A stretch of DNA of 32,078 nucleotides from Alphaproteobacteria bacterium (GTDB lineage Bacteria > Pseudomonadota > Alphaproteobacteria > JAJFIK01), in contig JBKHIN010000002.1 in the NCBI GenBank assembly GCA_046538635.1, forward strand, positions 1 through 32,078. Direction: 5' to 3'. Shown in pieces: positions 27,748 through 32,078 of this stretch; the first letter of the stretch is position 1; each line of letters starts with the position of its first letter. The translations under genes were made by a program, and so were the position numbers. The notes under the pieces are model-generated. The model had not been told where the DNA came from. It made no database searches and saw only the letters and a program-made list of their open reading frames with translations.

Positions 27748-29337
27748 TCAGCCGTTCCCCTCCCCGCCGGTTCCGCCGTCCCAGTAGGGCACGCGCAATT
27801 CGCGCTTCAACAATTTGCCGTTGGGATTGCGGGGCAGATCTGTCCGGAACTCCACGGCGGAAATCCGCTGCTGGCGGCCCACGCGTTCGTTGGTCCAGGC
27901 CAGCAGTTCGGCCTCGGTGACTTTGGCGCCGGGCTTCGGCACCACCAGGGCCAGCGGCGTTTCGCCCCATTTTTCATGGGGTACGCCGATAACGCCCACG
28001 TCCTCCACCTCCGGGTGTTCGGCCATGACGGCCTCTATGTCCGCCGGAAAGATGTTCTGGCCGCCGGAGAGGATCATGTCCTTCTTGCGGTCCACGATGT
28101 AGAGGAAGCCCTCCTCGTCCAGCCTGCCGATGTCGCCGGTGCGCAGCCAGATGCGCCCGTCCGGGGCCTGCCACATGGCCTCGCGCGTCGCGTCCGGACG
28201 GTTGTGGTAGCCGGTCATGACGATGCGGCCATAACCGGCAATTTCCCCCGCCGTGCCGGCGGGAACTTCCGTGCCGTCCTCGCCGATGATCTTCAGATCT
28301 GTGCCGGGCAGGGGCTTGCCCACCGAGGCGAGGCGGCCTTCCGCCTCCTCCGGCGCCAGCGTGGTGATGAGCCCCTCGGTCAGGCCGTAAAGCTCAATCA
28401 GGTCGCAGCCCAGTTCCTCGAACAGGCGCTTTTTCAGCCCGGCATGGAGCGGTGAGCCGCAGGACATCACCGCGTGCAGCGAGGCGACCTGCTCACGGTT
28501 GAATTCGGGATCATCGAGAACCTTCTGATATTGCAGCGGCACCATCGCCGTGTGCGTGGCGCGGTGGCGGCTTGTGGCCTCGAGGAAGGTGCGGGGGCTG
28601 AACTCGGGCAGCACGACAATCGTCCCGCCCGCCAGAAAGGTGCACAGCAGGCACACCCACGAGATGTTGGAAAACAGGCCGATGGAGCAGACCGTCACCG
28701 CGCCGGGGTGGTAGCGCAGCGCGATGGCAAGATCATAGGCCCAGTCCAGGCGGCGCCGGTGGCTGTGCACGATGCCCTTGGGCAGTCCCGTGGTGCCTGA
28801 ACTGTAGATGATGTTGCAGGGATCCTCGTCCGTGACCGCCGCCGCCGGGGCTGCCGCGCCCTGCCCGTCGCGCCATGAACCGAATGCGGTCCAGCCCGGC
28901 CGTTCGCCGCCGCTGAGCAGAAAGCCGTTATGGCGGAGCGCGGGAAGCTGCGCCCGGAAGCCGTCGATGCGCCCGGCCTCGGCGGGCGTGGCGACGATGG
29001 CGCGCGCGCCGCAATCGTGGATCTGGCGGGCCAGCCCTTCGTCGGAGACCGACAGGTTCAGCGGCACGGCCGCCGCCCCGGCCTTGATGGCACCGAACAT
29101 GGCCTCGACCATGTCCACGCCGTTCTTCATCATCACGGCCACCATGTCGCCCCGGCCGATGCCGAGCGCGTTGAGGCCGTTCGCCACTTGGTTGAGACGC
29201 CGGTCGAGTTGCGCCCAGGAATAGCTTTTCCCGCCACAGATGAGCGCCGGTTTCCGGCCCTGCCAGCGTCCGTGCAGCGTGAGAATTTCCGGCAGCAGCG
29301 GCGCCGGTGCGTCGAAGGAAGCGGGGAGGCCGGACAT
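27748..29337 (-). CDS. AMP-dependent acyl-CoA synthetase/ligase (ANL superfamily)
   Basis: 529 aa from ATG 29337. AMP-binding signature IIYSSGTTGLPKGIVHSH, YGLTEG, TGDIGRLDEEGFLYIVDRKKDMI, and C-terminal PRNPNGKLLKREL. Confidence 0.85.
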   Translation of the reverse strand: MSGLPASFDAPAPLLPEILTLHGRWQGRKPALICGGKSYSWAQLDRRLNQVANGLNALGIGRGDMVAVMMKNGVDMVEAMFGAIKAGAAAVPLNLSVSDEGLARQIHDCGARAIVATPAEAGRIDGFRAQLPALRHNGFLLSGGERPGWTAFGSWRDGQGAAAPAAAVTDEDPCNIIYSSGTTGLPKGIVHSHRRRLDWAYDLAIALRYHPGAVTVCSIGLFSNISWVCLLCTFLAGGTIVVLPEFSPRTFLEATSRHRATHTAMVPLQYQKVLDDPEFNREQVASLHAVMSCGSPLHAGLKKRLFEELGCDLIELYGLTEGLITTLAPEEAEGRLASVGKPLPGTDLKIIGEDGTEVPAGTAGEIAGYGRIVMTGYHNRPDATREAMWQAPDGRIWLRTGDIGRLDEEGFLYIVDRKKDMILSGGQNIFPADIEAVMAEHPEVEDVGVIGVPHEKWGETPLALVVPKPGAKVTEAELLAWTNERVGRQQRISAVEFRTDLPRNPNGKLLKRELRVPYWDGGTGGEGNG

Positions 29338-29648
29338 GGTCGCCAATCTCCACAAAATCGTATCGTCCCCGGCCTCAGGGCCCGGGATTAACCCCAAATT
29401 GGTAATGACTGCCGTCTGTACAGGGCGCGGCTATGGCCCATAATCTGCCGGGAATCAAGAACACCGCAGATTCCCGGGAAGAGGACTTCGTGCAACTGAG
29501 CTGTGAATTGAGGCCCAAACCGGGCACATGCCACATTCCGGCCATGAAACCTCGCTAGGGGAAAATTTGCGGTATTGGGTAACTGGCCGGTAGTGGGGAC
29601 AGCACGGTTGAGGCCGCGCGGACCCATGAAGACCGGGGGGGTAATCGT

Positions 29649-30413
29649 ATGAAACGAGTGACTTTTGTTGTCGCGTCGGCCCTGGCGGGGCTGCTGGCAG
29701 CGGAAGCGGCGCACGCCTTGGCTCCTCAACTCGGTGCACCGTGGACGCGCTATATCGCCACCATGCGCATCGATCTCGACAAGCGCATGGCCGAACTGGG
29801 TGCCGAAAAGGGCGACCGGGTTTTCATCCGCCTGTTCAAGGCAAGCAACGAACTGGAACTGTGGATGGAGACGTCCAAGGGCTACAAGCTCGCCAAGACC
29901 TATCCCATCTGCTCCTTCTCGGGCAATCTCGGCCCCAAGCTGAGGGAAGGCGACAAGCAGGCGCCGGAAGGATTCTACTCCGTGACCCGCGGGCGGCTGC
30001 AGCCCAACAGCCAGTATCACCTGGCGTTCAATCTGGGCTTTCCCAATGCCTATGACCGGAGCCACGGCCGCACCGGCAGCTTTCTCATGATCCACGGCTC
30101 CTGCGGCTCCAGCGGCTGCTACGCCATGACCGATGAACGGATCGCCGAAATCTACGGGGTGGTCGAGGCCGCCATCGAGGCCGGACAGGAAGAGGTGCCG
30201 GTGCACGTGTTTCCGTTCCGGATGACTGAGAAGAACATGCGCTGGTACCGGGACAGCAAATGGGCGGGCTTCTGGCAGAACCTGGCCAAGGGCTATCGCT
30301 GGTTCGAGGAACACGGCCGCCCGCCCGAGGTCGAAGTGCATGCGGGTCAATACATGTTCGCGGATCCGGCGAACCAGAACGGCGAGAATGTGCAGATCGC
30401 GCAGTCCCAGTAA
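29649..30413 (+). CDS. L,D-transpeptidase family protein (YafK-like)
   Basis: 254 aa with signal peptide. Catalytic region FLMIHGSCGSSGCYAMTD (His...Cys). Confidence 0.85.
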   Translation: MKRVTFVVASALAGLLAAEAAHALAPQLGAPWTRYIATMRIDLDKRMAELGAEKGDRVFIRLFKASNELELWMETSKGYKLAKTYPICSFSGNLGPKLREGDKQAPEGFYSVTRGRLQPNSQYHLAFNLGFPNAYDRSHGRTGSFLMIHGSCGSSGCYAMTDERIAEIYGVVEAAIEAGQEEVPVHVFPFRMTEKNMRWYRDSKWAGFWQNLAKGYRWFEEHGRPPEVEVHAGQYMFADPANQNGENVQIAQSQ

Positions 30414-30436
30414 GAGCCTGCGGAGTTCCAGTCACC

Positions 30437-30464
30437 GGGGGCCGGAAGGGCCCCCTTTTCTTTT
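30437..30464 (+). terminator. rho-independent terminator after the L,D-transpeptidase gene
   Basis: GGGGGCC-GGAAG-GGCCCCC stem-loop followed by TTTTCTTTT, 24 nt after the stop codon. Confidence 0.65.
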
Positions 30465-30531
30465 GTGGCCCTCCATGTTGCGGCCGGTGGCAGTCGAACG
30501 CGCCCGCCGGGCCACGAGCCTGCGCGGTGGG

Positions 30532-30556
30532 GGAACCGCGCCGCGTGGCCGTCGTT
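30532..30556 (+). promoter_or_regulatory. EcfG-type (general stress response ECF sigma) promoter
   Basis: GGAAC (30532-30536), exactly 16 nt, then CGTT (30553-30556), 37 nt upstream of the DUF892 ATG. Matches the alphaproteobacterial GGAAC-N16/17-CGTT consensus. Confidence 0.6.
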
Positions 30557-30592
30557 CCGCCTGAAGAGCTCTTCAGAAGCACAGGAGCCTTC

Positions 30593-31087
30593 ATGGCACT
30601 CGATACGCTCAAGGATGTCTACATCGATCAACTGCAGGATCTCTACAGCGCCAACCGTCAGGCGCTGACGGTCACCCGTGAACTGGCCGAGGCGGCCGCC
30701 AACGACCAGCTCAAACAGGCCCTGAAACGCGGCGTAACGGGCATCGAGGACGGCGTGGAAAAGGTGGGCAGCCTGATCAAGACCCACGGCGCCGATCCCA
30801 CCGGCGAATTCTGCGAGGGCATGCAGGGGCTTGTCAGGGAAGCCCGCGCCGATGCGCTGGAGGCGGAGGTCGGCAATGCGGACGTGCGGGACGCGATGAT
30901 CATTACGCAATATCAACGCCTGGTGCATTACGCGATTGCCGGATATGCAAGCCTCGCAACCTTGGCGCGGCGGCTGGACTTCGCCAACGAGGCCGGATTG
31001 CTTCAGGATTGTCTCGACAAGACCTATCACGGCGACAGCGAGATGAGCCGCATCGCCATCAGCGAGGTCAACCGCGAAGCGGTCTGA
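30593..31087 (+). CDS. ferritin-like DUF892 protein (YciE/YciF family)
   Basis: 164 aa from ATG 30593 (SD AGGAG). LKDVYIDQLQDLYSANRQ...IITQYQRLVHYAIAGYASL is typical of DUF892. Confidence 0.85.
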   Translation: MALDTLKDVYIDQLQDLYSANRQALTVTRELAEAAANDQLKQALKRGVTGIEDGVEKVGSLIKTHGADPTGEFCEGMQGLVREARADALEAEVGNADVRDAMIITQYQRLVHYAIAGYASLATLARRLDFANEAGLLQDCLDKTYHGDSEMSRIAISEVNREAV

Positions 31088-31252
31088 GGGACGGCGCACG
31101 CAAGCGGCGGTTCAGGCGTGCGGCGGTCCCCGCCAGGCAAGGAACCGGGGATATTCGCCCCGATGGCGCCACAGAACTTTGCTAGTTGCGCGGGCCTTGG
31201 GCATGGAAGGTTTGCGTAAAGCGTCCGGAACGCACAAAAAGAGGGACCCCCA

Positions 31253-31723
31253 ATGACGACGCACGAAACCGGTAACCGCTGGCAATCGCTGCGGCACTCT
31301 TTCACGCGCTACTGGTCTCAGTTGCGCGGCGAAGTCGGCTCCCGCTGGGAACGGCTGTCGGAGGACGATATTTCGGAAATCGAGGGCGAACTGGGCCGCC
31401 TGAGGGACAAGATTTCGGAACGCTACGGCGTCGCACAGGGCGAGGCCGAGCGGGAAATCCGTGAATGGGTCGCCCGGGACGTGCCCTGGCTTCAGCAGGT
31501 GCGGAGCGTGCCCTCCTTCCGCTGGACCGTGATTTTCCTCGTCACCGCCATTATCGCGGCCCTGATCGGGTTCACGAACCTGGCCGGTCTTTTAAAGGCC
31601 ATCGCACAGGCGGTGTTCTGGGTGTCGCTGGTGGGCTTCCTGATCTTCCTGGCGATCAATCTCACCATGCGCCGCCGGACGAGGGAACCGGGACCGGGAC
31701 CGGGCGAGCCGGGAGCGTTCTGA
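31253..31723 (+). CDS. fusion protein: N-terminal CsbD-like stress domain + C-terminal UPF0391/DUF1328 (YtjA-like) membrane domain
   Basis: CsbD-like residues 8-75 (WSQLRGEVGSRWERLSEDDISEIEGELGRLRDKISERYGVAQGEAEREIREW). UPF0391-like FRWTVIFLVTAIIAALIGFTNLAGLLKAIAQAVFWVSLVGFLIFLAINLTMRRR. SD AGAGGGA. Confidence 0.8.
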   Translation: MTTHETGNRWQSLRHSFTRYWSQLRGEVGSRWERLSEDDISEIEGELGRLRDKISERYGVAQGEAEREIREWVARDVPWLQQVRSVPSFRWTVIFLVTAIIAALIGFTNLAGLLKAIAQAVFWVSLVGFLIFLAINLTMRRRTREPGPGPGEPGAF

Positions 31724-31848
31724 ATATTTGCGGGGAACGGTTCAGCGAGGCCCGGGAGCCGCCTCGAGCATGTTGGAGACGCCCGCCTTCGCCAAGGCTT
31801 CGGCGGGCATAAGCCTCGCAAGCTCGCTTCGCTCGCAACTGCGGCGAA

Positions 31849-31893
31849 TGGTGGAGCCAGCCGGGCTCGAACCGGCGACCTCTACAATGCCAT
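31849..31893 (-). pseudogene. orphan 3' half of tRNA-Ala(GGC): anticodon loop to CCA, no 5' half (att-site-like fragment)
   Basis: The minus strand reads ATGGCAT (anticodon loop, GGC) TGTAG AGGTC GCCGG-TTCGAGC-CCGGC TGGCTCC A CCA. U70 fits Ala identity. The sequence where the 5' acceptor strand, D arm and 5' anticodon stem should lie does not pair. Confidence 0.65.
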
Positions 31894-32078
31894 TGGCGTC
31901 TTGCAACCCTTGCTGACGCTGACACAGGACTACCCGTGCTTACTTTCCCCTTGTTTCCTGCGCCTTACGTGCTTACTGTCCAGTGTAGCAGTCATACCGG
32001 GACTTACCCCGAATGCTGCTGACATGATGACATGGTGATGACACAGCGCACAGCTTCCCCGCCCGCCCTTTCGGCGCC

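Noticed and set aside
31141-31252. EcfG promoter for the CsbD::UPF0391 gene (GGAAC at 31141 and 31227).
   Set aside because: Neither GGAAC is followed by CGTT at 16-17 nt (GATG and no space, respectively).
31811-31846. Possible third, degenerate half-copy of the palindromic repeat (GCAAGCTCGCTTCGCTCGC).
   Set aside because: Only short word matches (GCAAGC, TCGCTTC) with gaps, and no inverted partner. Chance in GC-rich DNA cannot be excluded.
31600-31900. The tRNA-like 3' end (CTCCACCA, U70) might be the acceptor piece of a two-piece (permuted) alphaproteobacterial tmRNA.
   Set aside because: Downstream on the minus strand there is no GGGGCC(A/G) 5' acceptor strand and no tag reading frame ending in ...AA-stop. 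The segment also carries a regular anticodon loop with GGC, which fits a tRNA-Ala half better. A covariance-model scan would settle it.
31728-31916. 62-aa ORF on the plus strand (…MVEPAGLEPATST…).
   Set aside because: The LEPAT peptide is the well-known artefact of translating across the reverse complement of a tRNA T-arm. It is not a gene.
1-32078. CRISPR arrays, IS elements/transposases, integrases, rRNA genes, and known multi-gene defence systems.
   Set aside because: None seen. There are no regularly spaced short repeats and no DDE, tyrosine- or serine-recombinase-like ORFs in any frame of the track.

Overview
High-GC chromosomal segment (my hand counts are mostly 60-70% GC) that looks alphaproteobacterial. 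The basis is class I LysRS, an lptC-lptA-lptB-rpoN-hpf-ptsN cluster, an hsp20-DUF1150 pair and an EcfG-type promoter. Most of the window is conserved housekeeping: DinG-family helicase, lysK, pyrD, a MATE exporter, queG, a GST, uppP, an NDUFA9-like SDR, tRNA-Leu(CAG), an RNase D-like exonuclease, folD plus a cyclodeaminase-family gene, a DUF885 lipoprotein, an acyl-CoA synthetase, an L,D-transpeptidase and a small stress cluster (DUF892, CsbD::UPF0391). I do not see a convincing novel multi-gene system, and I see no CRISPR array, integrase or transposase. The unusual content is local. (1) AT-richer DNA at both window edges; the right edge sits beside an orphan 3' half of tRNA-Ala(GGC), which looks like a genomic-island att site. 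(2) A ~1.2 kb lower-GC islet holding an orphan 135-aa protein and vapBC. (3) A ~0.64 kb insert between tRNA-Leu and a degenerate copy of its 3' segment, carrying two translationally coupled micro-membrane ORFs. (4) LptB preceded by an in-frame basic low-complexity extension of up to ~250 codons. (5) Two copies of a long palindromic intergenic repeat into which flanking genes read. (6) Recognisable sigma32-like and EcfG-like promoters. Gene starts were trimmed from the supplied ORF track using expected N-termini and Shine-Dalgarno sequences. Product calls come from motif recognition by eye, not from searches.
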